Positions 44,975 to 59,914 of a stretch of 64,000 nucleotides of DNA are shown piece by piece; the stretch's first letter is position 1; the number at the start of each line of letters is the position of its first letter. The stretch lies in assembly GCF_009914755.1 (NCBI RefSeq), contig NC_060929.1; one strand, given 5' to 3'. The translations under genes and the position numbers were made by a program. This DNA is from the human T2T-CHM13v2.0 reference genome, Homo sapiens. The notes beneath the pieces were generated by a model. That model saw nothing but the letters and a program-made list of their open reading frames with translations. It was not told the DNA's origin and did no database searches.

Positions 44975-46159
44975 TAGTAGAGACGGTGTCTCACTATGTT
45001 CCCCAGGCTAGGCTTAAATTCCTGGCCTCCAGTGATCCAATTGCCTTAGCCTCCCAAGTGCTGAGTACATTGCTTCTGGGTGGTTTTTGACTTTTTATTA
45101 CAAAAATCTTAAGACATACACCAGGGTAGAACAATGTAAAGAATCTCCATGTATTCAGTTAATTTCAGTAGTTATCAACTTCTCTCTCATTTTCTCCCTA
45201 TATTTCAAAAGGTTTCTAACACAACATCTAATGTATAGCGAGAATATGTAATAACTTCTTTGTGTCATCTACCAGCCAGTTCATTTTCAAATTTTCTCAT
45301 TTGTCTCAGGGATGTCTTTTTATTATGTTTTGAATCAAGATCTAGATCCAGAGAGAGGCCAAAAACGTCTCTGTAGGTTTTGTTAGGGAGATTACCAGCA
45401 TTGTATGTCGGGTGATTTCCTGTAGTGTAAACTTTTTTATACATCTCTTAAGTTTCTACTTATCTTTAACAATACTGCCCCCACACTTTTTTTTTTTTTT
45501 TTTTTTTTTGAGGCAGGGTCTCACTCTTATCACCCAGGCTGGAGTGCACTGGTGTGATCTCAGCTCAGTAAACCTCCACCTTCCAGGCTCAAGCAATCCT
45601 CCTGCCTCAGCCTCTTGAGTAGCTGGGACCACAGGCATGCATCACCACGCCCAGCTAATTTTTGTATGTTTAGTAGAGATGGAGTTTTGCCACGTTGCCT
45701 GGGCTGGCCTCGACTTCCTGGACTCAAGCCAGCCACTCACCTCAGCCTCCTGAAGTGCTGGGATTGTAGGCGTGAGCCTCCTCTCCCAGCCCAACTTAAA
45801 TTTCGTTGGTTGCCTCCTGGAGGTATCCCCTTAACTTGTTCCTCTGTCATCCATATTTCCTGTAAACTTGTAGTTAGTCCAGGGGCTTGATTAGGTTTAA
45901 TTTCAGTTTTTTCTTTTTTTGGCGGGGGTGCCAGCGGCAAGCATTTTCTGTAGACAATATGTACTTTCTGTTGTATCACGTCAGGGAGTATCTATTACCA
46001 GATTGTTCATTTATAATAATACTAAGATTGTTACAGTGGGTTCAGACGATGTCAAACCGATCAGTCCATTATAAAATTTCTTATGAACTTTTCACCTAAT
46101 GGTTTAGCATTTGGTAGATTCTTGAATTCTTACTAATTTATCTTCTTTTGGCTTCTCAG

Positions 46160-46360
46160 GAATCCATACCTGTTTTGTATGTAAGCAGAGTGGGGAAGAT
46201 GTTAAAAGGTGCCTTCTACCCTTGTGTGGAAAGTTTTACCATGAAGAGTGTGTCCAGAAGTACCCACCCACTGTTATGCAGAACAAGGGCTTCCGGTGCT
46301 CCCTCCACATCTGTATAACCTGTCATGCTGCTAATCCAGCCAATGTTTCTGCATCTAAAG
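46160..46360 (+). CDS. NSD1: NSD1 exon 13 (201 nt; [10 protein letters not shown]…[10 protein letters not shown]…ASK), PHD2 and start of PHD3
   Basis: Acceptor cttctcAG|GAATC, donor AAAG|GTATGG; phase 1 to 1. Confidence 0.97.
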
Positions 46361-46426
46361 GTATGGATTTCTTATGTGGACCAGTCTAATTGTAAAACCT
46401 CAGTTTAATTGGCAACAGATATTTTC

Positions 46427-46739
46427 TTTTTTCTTTCTTTTTTTTTTTTTTTTTTTGGAGACAGAGTCTCGCTGTGTTGCCGAGGCTGGAGTGCAGTGGC
46501 GTGATCTTGGCCCACTGCAAGCTCCGCCTCCTGGGTTCACGCCATTCTCCTGCTTCAGCCTCCTGAGTAGCTGGGACTACAGGCGCCTGCCACCATGCCT
46601 GGCTAATTTTTTTGTATTTTTAGTAGAGACGGGGTTTCACCGTGTTAGCCAGGATGGTCTCGATCTCCTGACCTCGTGATCCACCTGCCTCGGCCTCCCA
46701 AAGTGCTGGGATTACAGGCGTGAGCCGCTGCGCCCGGCC
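46427..46739 (-). mobile_element. AluY-type element with intact 16-bp TSD, about 65 bp downstream of exon 13
   Basis: AluY-like segments (ttcacgccattctcc; ccaggatggtctcgatctcctgacctcgtg). TSD GGCAACAGATATTTTC at 46411-46426 and 46740-46755. Confidence 0.9.
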
Positions 46740-47117
46740 GGCAACAGATATTTTCAAATGCAATCAATCCACCATGTCACTTTATGGCCTCTCTCTAGCT
46801 TTTATCAGAGAGATTACCAACATTGTATTTGGGAGAGAAGAGGGGCATAACGAACTAGTTCAGCAGCCAGGCAATGCCAGGGCTCCATAGAACACAATGT
46901 GGTCGTGTGGTAGGGTATTAAATATTTGGATTTCATGTGAGATGTAGTTTGAGAAAGTGTTCTGCTGCATGTCCTCTTCCCCCTATTGATTAGAAAACCA
47001 GAGTGTAGTCTTCCCCTGGGCTTTTTTTTTATTTTATTTTATTTTATTTTATTTTATTTTTTTTTGAGACGGAGTCTTGCTCTGTCACCCAGTCTCCTCG
47101 ATCTCCTGACCTCGTGA

Positions 47118-47522
<405 letters not shown>

Positions 47523-47769
47523 TGATATCATTCAGAAATGCATGCCAAGGCAGGATTGGGGGTTTCGTGTTGATTTGTTTTTTGTTTGTTTGTTTTTTTA
47601 ATGAAAACTCTTGTCCTAGAAATTTTCTTCTGCTTCATAGTTAAGCTGAGACCTGAGTTTTCCAAAACTGTCTGTGCATATAGGTAAACTTAAGTTTTGA
47701 AATGTGTTCTCTTTGGTAAAACAAGTTGTTTTTGTTGTTGTTGTTGTTTGTTGTTGTTTTTTTTTTTGA

Positions 47770-47874
<105 letters not shown>

Positions 47875-49203
47875 TGACTAGCTGGGATTACAGGCACATG
47901 CCACCATGCCCAGCTAATTTTTGTATTTTTAGTAGAGACAGGGTTTCATCATATCGGTCAGGCTGGTCTCGAACTCCTGACGTCAGGTGATCTGCCTGCC
48001 TCAGCCTCCCAAAGTGCTGGGATTATAGGCATGAGCCACTGCACCCAGCATGTGTTTTTTTGTTTGTTTTGTTTTGTTTTAAAACAGGAGGTCTCGCTCT
48101 GTTGCCCAGTGTGATCTCAACTCACTGCAATGTCCACCTCCCAGGTTCAAGAGATTCTCTTGCCTCAGCCCCTGGAGTAGCTTGGATTACAGGTGCTTGC
48201 CACCACTCCCGACTACTTTTTATATTTTTAGTATAGACGGGGTTTCGCCATGTTGGCCAGACTGTTCTGGAACCCCTGACCTCAGGTGATCTGCCTGCCT
48301 TGGCCTCCCAAAGTCCTGGGATTACAGGCTTGAGCCACCGCGCCTGGAAAAACCCAATACTGTATCTCTGCTGGTGAATTCATGTGTGCCAAAAGAACCT
48401 TGACTTTTTCCATAGAGGATTGAGGAGGTAAAATTTAGCAGTGTTGATGTTTGTTTTAATCAGACTGTCAGTACCTTTTTTAGGATTATTTCCTGGCCTC
48501 ATGGGTCTCATAAGTAATTTCACTTGTTGGATCAAAATTGCAGTTTCGATGAGTGTGATGGTGTACACCTGTATTTCCAGCTTCTTGGGAAGGTAAAGCA
48601 GGAAGTGGGAAGACTGTTTGAGCACACAGACTTTGAGGTCACGTCCAGCCTTGGCAACACAGGGAAACCCCATGTCTTTATTAATACAAAGAAAAATGAA
48701 AAGAGTTGCAGTTGGCTACCTTCTCGTTTTTAATTGTTATTACAGATTGCATTAGAGGGTTTGGTGGTGGTTTCGTGATGGTTTATAATAGATGAAGTAT
48801 TTGAGGGGATGTGTTTCCTCTGGAGAGGGTAGAGAGGTTCGTTCACTTGAAAGGCTTTAAAAGAATCACAGAGTTCCAGGCAAGCATTATTGTTGTCTCC
48901 CCTCTCCCTATTTATTCTGGGGCTGATTTCCTAGTTGTCAGGACAGTGGTTTGAGTTGGGCTTTCCCTTGTTGAAGCAGGCTCACTGACAGTTACGGGAT
49001 TTGATTCCTTTTGGAGACTTATCACATAGCTCCCATCTGAGTTTTCTTGATGGATCGAGTGTTTAAGATCCATCATCTTAGTGGTCATTCCTTCTATTTG
49101 TGACATTTTTTCAGTGCTAACAAATAGACTTGAATAACTCACATTCTTTTTATATTTAATATTTTTGTTTTTCTTTTGCTTGTCCCTGATTTTCCTGCTT
49201 TAG

Positions 49204-49383
49204 GTCGGTTGATGCGCTGTGTCCGCTGTCCTGTGGCATACCACGCCAATGACTTTTGCCTGGCTGCTGGGTCAAAGATCCTTGCATCTAATAGTATCAT
49301 CTGCCCTAATCACTTTACCCCTAGGCGGGGCTGCCGAAATCATGAGCATGTTAATGTTAGCTGGTGCTTTGTGTGCTCAGAAG
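49204..49383 (+). CDS. NSD1: NSD1 exon 14 (180 nt; [14 protein letters not shown]…WCFVCSE), PHD3 and start of PHD4
   Basis: Acceptor ctgctttAG|GTCGG, donor GAAG|GTAAGA; phase 1 to 1. Confidence 0.97.
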
Positions 49384-49548
49384 GTAAGAAATCATTTCTT
49401 CCTCTATTTGTAGTCTAAAAAGGGATTAAATCAATGTTTTAATTGGAACAAAAATACTTTTCATCATATTGCCACTGGAAAAAATATTAGAAATGATACT
49501 ATTCATCTGCCATTCAGGAAATGATGTCCCGAATTAATGATTACATAG

Positions 49549-49797
<249 letters not shown>

Positions 49798-51693
49798 TAG
49801 TGATTTGCCCGCCTCGGCCTCCCAAAGTGCTGGGATTACAGGGGTGAGCCACTGTGCCTGTCCAGCAGAACTTTTTAAAACTTGGCTTTGTTGCCCAATA
49901 GGGAGAGGTTTTATTTTTCTTATTTTGAATAATGACTTGAATTTTGTTAAAATGATAAACAATTGAAGCAGTAAAGACAAAAATTCACTTAATCTCACCA
50001 TCAGAAAAAAAAAATCATTGCTTAATATTAAGTGGCATTATTCCAGACATTCATGCATGTCAGCAGATAGAAAGTCTGATACCTAGATAGAAACAATTCT
50101 TGAAAATAGCATTACCATGTAATTGTGTTTTGTTAACAAGCAATTTTATACAAATTAATAGAAAAAGAGTGAACGTGATGGAAAAAGCGAAGGGATTTGT
50201 GAACTTTAGTTATATATTTTCTCATTGTAAGAATATTAGTTCTTAAGAGATCACGTAGAGGAAAGATAAATTTTCTATATATTTTATTCTTAGCACTTTC
50301 ACCCAGGCTGGAGTGAAGTGGTACAATCTCGGCTCACTGCAACCTCTGCTGCCACGCCACTCCCCATCCCTCCCCCACCGGTTCAAGCGATTCTACTGCC
50401 TCAGCCTCCTGAGTAGCTGGGATTACAGGCGTTCAACATCATGCCCCACTAATTTTTTTTTTTTTTTTTTTTTTTGTAGAGATGGGGTTTCACCATGTTG
50501 GCCAGGCTGGTCTCTTAACTTCTGACCTCAGTTGATCTACTCTCCTCAGCTTCCCAAAGTGCTAGGATTACAGACGTGAGCCAGTGTGCCCGGCCATTTT
50601 ATTCATTTTTAAAATACTTGTTTTTTAGAGCAGAGTTAGTATAACCTTTTACGTATTTTCTTTTCTATCCTTATCATCCCTGACAACTTGATTTTTGCTA
50701 GTTAAATGGAAGATTTTAGCACTCATCACCAGTATGTTAATTGTAGTACCTAAAGTTCTGAATTCGTTATTTCAGTTTTTCTCTTGGTTGTCTGAACTTT
50801 TGTGATCCCACAGGTGCTCATTTCTCTGCTTTGAGGCATCATTTGCCTTTGTACTAGAAGGATATCTAGTACAAAGGTAAATGATACTTTTCTAAGTTCA
50901 TGGTAATGGTATTGGTATTTTGTAATGGTATTTTTCTAAGTTCATTGTGGACTTTGCTCCACTATTTTCTAGTGATGAGAGTGGCACCAGTTCTTCAGTT
51001 TTCTCATTTATTTTCAGATTTTATTTTGTTGATTTAGTAGTTACTTGGCAATAATTTTTTTATTATCTACTTATTGATTATGCAGTTTCCTGAAAACCTG
51101 GCTGGCTCTGAACATTCTGAGGGACTAATTTTAAAAAGAGTCAATATATGTAATAGAATGAGCATTGTACTTTGAATCTCAAAGTCCAAGTTTGAATTCT
51201 GGCTTGTCTCTTCAGGCAAATTGCTTTACCAAGGCTTGGTTTGCTTGTTTATAAAATATAGGCTCTATTCCCTATCACACAGTCATATTATAATAGCATC
51301 AATTAAATGAAAAGATATGATTAAAGCCCTTGCACAGTGAGAAAATAAGTTTAAATGGTCTCTGGTCTCATTTTTAATCATCTGTAGGGCTGACTTTTTC
51401 TGCAGCCTGCCTCATTTTGTTTGATTTTCTTCTAAAAATTATCTTTGTTATTACCCACTTTCCCTGCAAGATGACTTCCTTCAAGAAAACAATACCTTCT
51501 TTTTCTTTCCTCTTTCTTAAGATATCACTAAAGAAGCCGAACACGGTGGTGCATGCCTGTAGTCCCAGCTATTCAGGTGGCCAAGGTGGGAGGATTGCTT
51601 GAGCCCAGGAATTCAAGACCAGCCTGGGCAATATAGCGAGACTGACCTCATAAACAAAACAAAACAAAAAACAACCAAAAAAATAGATACCAC

Positions 51694-52453
51694 TGTGAAA
51701 GGAAAATAAATCCCAGGAGGCCCAAATCACTAAGCCAAGGGAAAAGTCAAGCTTGGAACTACATCAGGCAAACCTGCCTCCCATTTTATTCCTCAATAAT
51801 ACAGCTACAAGGCTGGGCGCCATGGCTCATGCCTCTAATCCCAGCACTTTGGGAGGCTGAGGCAGGCGGATCACCTGAGGTCAGGAGTTCGAGACCAGCC
51901 TGGCCAACATGGCGAAACCCCATCTCTGCTAAAAATACAAAACTTAGCCAGGCGTGATGGCAGACACCTGTAATCCCAGCTACTTGGGAAGCTGAGGCAG
52001 GAGAATTGCTCTGTTCTGTTGAATTTCACCCTGGCAATGGAAACCGATAGCTTATCTTCACAGGTGTGGGACAGAAAGTCATCCCTATGCTCATCTGAGA
52101 CAAATGCGTACCTCATTGCTTCCTCTGCCCTATTTATGTAAAAATGCAGTTTCACTGAGCCAGATTAAATTGTGTATTCAGTGAAAGGCTGATGAAGGAT
52201 TCAAAAGAATGCAACCTTTTGTCTTTTACCTACTTATGACCTGGAACCCCAACCCCCTATCAGAACCAATGACAATGTTACACATACTGATGTCTCTTAT
52301 CTCCCTAAAATATATAAAAGCAAGCTGTACCCCCACCACCTTAGGCACATGTTGCCAGGATCTCCTGAGGTTGTGTCATGGACGTGATCGTCACCTTGGC
52401 AAAATAAACTTTCTAAATTGGTTGAGACTTGTCTGACATATTTTGAATTCACA
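51694..52453 (+). mobile_element. MER4A-type ERV1 solo LTR containing a 3'-deleted Alu (about 51811-52010)
   Basis: TG…CA termini (TGTGAAAGGAAAATAAATC… / …GAATTCACA), 4-bp TSD CCAC/TCAC, AATAAA near 52403. Confidence 0.8.
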
Positions 52454-52599
52454 TCACTAAGGAGATTTGTATTATCAGGTGTATGTATATGCCAATAATT
52501 CTGTAAAAGAAGAATTTTCCTTACTTGAGATATATTGTTTCTGTAGCCAAAGACTGGAGTTTAGTTAATTCTGGAAGCTTTTTTTACTTAGTTGAAATC

Positions 52600-53750
<1,151 letters not shown>

Positions 53751-53963
53751 ATAATTGTTCTTCAGACTTGTTTTTTAGCAGCAGACACATTTCCAAATGT
53801 AATCTTACTCTGAATCTGAGCTTCACTATACAATACAGACAAAAGTGAGCTTTTCCAGTTGAAGTAGGAGTCTGATCTGAAACACACCCCTGGCCCCAAC
53901 AAAAACAAATAAAACTCCCACTCTTATTTTAAGAGCTTGTTGAAGAGAATTATTAAGTAAAGG

Positions 53964-54527
<564 letters not shown>

Positions 54528-54591
54528 GCAAAAGTCAGCATGGGAATAAATTATATATAAAGTGCCAACAGAAGTATGTTTATAGTAAGAA

Positions 54592-55877
<1,286 letters not shown>

Positions 55878-56098
55878 TATAGTAGGATTTTAAGAGGTGA
55901 AAGAAGCACAGTGAGAACAAGATTAACTCGGATATATTCTTTGCTAAGGCTTTACTCCCCACTTCAGGGTAAAACTTGGAATTACATGTTTGAGTCTAGC
56001 ATGTTTGAATCATGCTCATTTCTGGCAAGAGCGTGGCTCATTTCTTTTTGGCAACAAAATAAAATGCCTGCCTGTCTGCTGAAACTACTGTGTTTTGA

Positions 56099-56275
<177 letters not shown>

Positions 56276-56800
56276 TAGTAGATAGGGGGTTTCGCCCTGT
56301 TGGCCGGGCTGTTCTCTAACTCCTGACCTCAGGTGATCCACCTGCTGCAGCCTTCCAAAGTGCTGGGATTACAGGCCTGAGGCACTGTGCCCAGCCGAAA
56401 AGTTAGTAGTTCTAAAAGGAGGGAAGGAACTAACCATATGGAGATACTACTTATGTGTCAGACGCTACTAGGTAATTTATTAGCTAGGTGAATCTTCAAA
56501 CAGATGTGGTTATTGTTTATTAGAGAAAACTCCTTACCGCTGAGGAAATTATAGCTCAGCAAGGAAAGTGAATTTCCCAAGGGCCTGTGGTCCTAGAGCT
56601 AGAATTCCAACCTGAACCTGACGAGAGTTAAATAAAGCTTATGCTGTTTATACTCTGGTCATTATGTGTCACTGATAATGTTTTTATTTAGTATATCTTT
56701 TAGTGAAGAGAAAGAAAATATATATATATATGTGTATGGATGTACACATACATGACTTGCAGTCTTGTGATCTGAATGCCACATTTTTTTATTCCCACAG

Positions 56801-56957
56801 GAGGCAGCCTTCTGTGCTGTGATTCTTGCCCTGCTGCTTTTCATCGTGAATGCCTGAACATTGATATCCCTGAAGGAAACTGGTATTGCAATGACTGTAA
56901 AGCAGGCAAAAAGCCACACTACAGGGAGATTGTCTGGGTAAAAGTTGGACGATACAG
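56801..56957 (+). CDS. NSD1: NSD1 exon 15 (157 nt; [18 protein letters not shown]…IVWVKVGRY), PHD4 and start of PWWP2
   Basis: Acceptor attcccacAG|GAGGC, donor ACAG|GTAAGC; phase 1 to 2. Confidence 0.97.
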
Positions 56958-57542
56958 GTAAGCCTGAAGAATAGCACTCATCTCTTTTACCATCCTCTGT
57001 TTCTTGAGACCTCTCAGATACAATGCTTAACGTATTTCTAATGATCTACTTAATTACTCATGGTACTCCTCCCCTCTTCTTCTTGATTTTTTTCCTTATA
57101 GGAAGAGAAACCTAACTTTATGATTTACAATTATAGGAATAATACATGTTCTCTGTCGAAATTTTTTTTTCTTTTGTGTATTTTGTGAAAAGTTTTTTTT
57201 TTTTTTTTAAATGAAAAGACAGTAATAATCTCACAAGGCAGGCGCATTGTTAACATTTCGGCATATGTACTCCCAGACGTACCAATACGCAGTTATGCCC
57301 CCCACCATCCAAAATAACTGTTTTTACAGATTATACTCTGTTATGTGTCTTGGGTTGTTTGTTTTGAGACAGGGTATCCTCTGTCACCCAGTCTGGAGTG
57401 CAGTGGTGTGATCATTGCTCACTGCAACTTCAAACTCCTGGGCTTAAGGGATCCTGCCGCCTCAGCCTCCTGAGTAGCTGAGACTACAGGTACATGCCAC
57501 TGCACCCGGCCACTTTTTCTTTTTTAAAATATTTTGATTGAA

Positions 57543-57731
57543 CATCACACACCGGGAACTGTTGTGGGGTGGGGGGTGGGGGGAGGGATAGCATTAGGAG
57601 ATATACCTAATGCTAAATGACGAGTTAATGGGTGCAGCACACCAACATGGCACATGTATACATATGTAACAAACCACGTTGTGCACATGTACCCTAAAAC
57701 TTAAAGTATAATAATAATAAAATTAAAAAAT
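57543..57731 (+). mobile_element. Young 5'-truncated L1PA (L1PA3-like) 3' end
   Basis: G-rich tract, gctaaatgacgagttaatgggtgcagcacacc, taaaacttaaagtataataataataaaa. TSD ATATTTTGATTGAA at 57529-57542 and 57732-57745. Confidence 0.9.
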
Positions 57732-58839
57732 ATATTTTGATTGAATATGGAAAGCACAAAGGATGTAACATGCATGACTTTAAAGAATGACAAAAGTGGC
57801 ACCTGTGTATGTACCTCCCACTTAAAGAAATAGAACACTGTTGGTACTTTTGAGGTTTATTCCATGCCCTGATTCCATTCTCTCCTACCCCCAGAGGTAA
57901 CCACTGTACTCAATTCTAGGTTTTTCATTCCTTCGCCCTTCTGTGAGAGTTTGTTTTCTTTGCTGTGTTTTAGACCTTTATGTAAAGGAATTATTGTTGA
58001 TACATTTTCCTGCAACTTTTTTCATTCACTTTTATGCCCCTGAGATTCATCATAGTATTGTATAGTGGTTCATTCATAGTTCACTGTTCCTTTATGTAGT
58101 CACATAATGTCTAGTTCACTTATCCATTTTCCTGTTTGGACTGTGAACATTTGGTCAGTTTTTCTTGGTTTATATACTTGGGACCTTGAATATAAGTATA
58201 TACTTATATACAAGTATATATTTGGTTTATATACTTAGGGCCTTCTCTAGGGCATTCTCTGGAGTAAAGTAGGTAGATAGAGGTTTCCAGCTTTAATAGG
58301 TAGTGCCAAATTGTCTCCCTAAAGTGGCTGTATAGTAATTTACATTCTTTGATTTTGTTTGTATGTGTTTGTGTTTTGATTTCTTGGTGCTGTTCTCCCA
58401 TATTCCTACTAATTATTGAAGGTTTCCTTTTTAAAGACCAAATTGTATTTTATTTTGTATAGTGTACCATGGATAATACTATTATTTTCTTGATGTTGAG
58501 CATTTATACTTTTTCCAGTTTTTCCTTCTTATAATGCTTCAGTGAATGTTATTGTCATAACTCTCTGTTCCTATATCATTATTTCCTTTAAGTAGAATCC
58601 TTGAAGTAGAATAATTGAGTCTAAGGGAGTGCGCGCCTGTGTGGGAATGTGGGCAGATGTTTTCCAGCTTCTAGCACATACGACTTGTTTGTGTTCTAGT
58701 TAGGTTGTAAGAATGCCGTAAGATGGACTTTAATGTGGACAGACAGACATTGCTAATCCTTACTTTTATATGAGTAGGTTATTTTCCTAATGCCTTGCAG
58801 CCTTCTAGAGGTTTTCCTTCTCCTTTTCACCTTTCCCAG

Positions 58840-59045
58840 GTGGTGGCCAGCTGAGATCTGCCATCCTCGAGCTGTTCCTTCCAACATTGATAAGATGAGA
58901 CATGATGTGGGAGAGTTCCCAGTCCTCTTTTTTGGATCTAATGACTATTTGTGGACTCACCAGGCCCGAGTCTTCCCTTACATGGAGGGTGACGTGAGCA
59001 GCAAGGATAAGATGGGCAAAGGAGTGGATGGGACATATAAAAAAG
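58840..59045 (+). CDS. NSD1: NSD1 exon 16 (206 nt; RWWPAEIC…[11 protein letters not shown]…TYKK), PWWP2 core
   Basis: Acceptor ctttcccAG|GTGGTGG, donor AAAG|GTAACT; RWWP and FFG PWWP motifs. Confidence 0.97.
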
Positions 59046-59392
59046 GTAACTTTATCCTTTTTGTTTCTCAGGCAAACACAGACCTCTGTTACCTGAGTGT
59101 CTGATCTGTTTTAGAATTCACATATGCTCCATTTTGAAACTGCCTTTGTCCTCTCAGGGCATTATCTGGCTGCAAATACAGTATTTTGCAAGGAAGTTGA
59201 CCCATGTAACTCATTATTTTTGAGCCTTAACCTTTACTTAATTTGAATTTCCTTGAGCTTTTTTTTGACTTATCAGTTGTTTTGTCAGCATTCCATCAAA
59301 TAATGGAGTTCTGAAACTATTTCATAGAAGAAACACTTCAGTTTGCTAGACAGAGGCTCAGATCTCTAGCAGAGCTACATTTGCTCCAAGGA

Positions 59393-59432
59393 GTCTTGTC
59401 TTGTCTTGTCTTGTCTTGTCTTGTCTTGTCTT
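59393..59432. repeat. (GTCTT)8 pentanucleotide microsatellite
   Basis: Direct observation. Confidence 0.9.
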
Positions 59433-59791
59433 GAGCTCGTTGGGAAGAAGTAAAATTCACCAGATATTGTAGAACAAACTAGTAAAGGTCAAAGCATAAA
59501 TGCTCTGAATCAAAATAAAGTTTTGTAAACTGGCCTAGCAATGAAGGCAGGGTGCCCTGTTATAAGCAGAACTAGTTTTACTGCTTACCAGGTGGTCCAA
59601 TCAACTTCGAACCCGGTTTTCTCTTACCATGTAATGGAGAAAGTTTGCTCTTAGAATACAGTGGGATTATAAAAAGTGTCCCTGCAGAGTACATAATTGG
59701 TATCCCCTTAGTGGTAATTACCTTCTTCCTCTAGCTGTCCTTTGAAAGATAATATATCCCTTGCTATTTAATTTATTTGGTACTTAAAGTA

Positions 59792-59914
59792 CAAATGGTT
59801 CCCAACTCAGAATGGTCCAACTTACAGCTTTATGATGATGCACTTCCATTATGTTCCTCAGCTTATGATGGGATTACATCCAGGTAAACCAATTGTTAAC
59901 ATGAGGAGCATCTG
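59792..59914. mobile_element. Internally deleted MER47/Tigger5-like MITE
   Basis: TA|CAAATGGTTCCCAACT… to …GAGGAGCATCTG termini. Confidence 0.55.

Noticed and set aside
49201-49209. Exons 14 and 16 also start with GT (AG|GTCGGT, AG|GTGGTG) as recursive sites
   Set aside because: Much poorer match to the 5' splice-site consensus than exon 7; not supportable from sequence alone.
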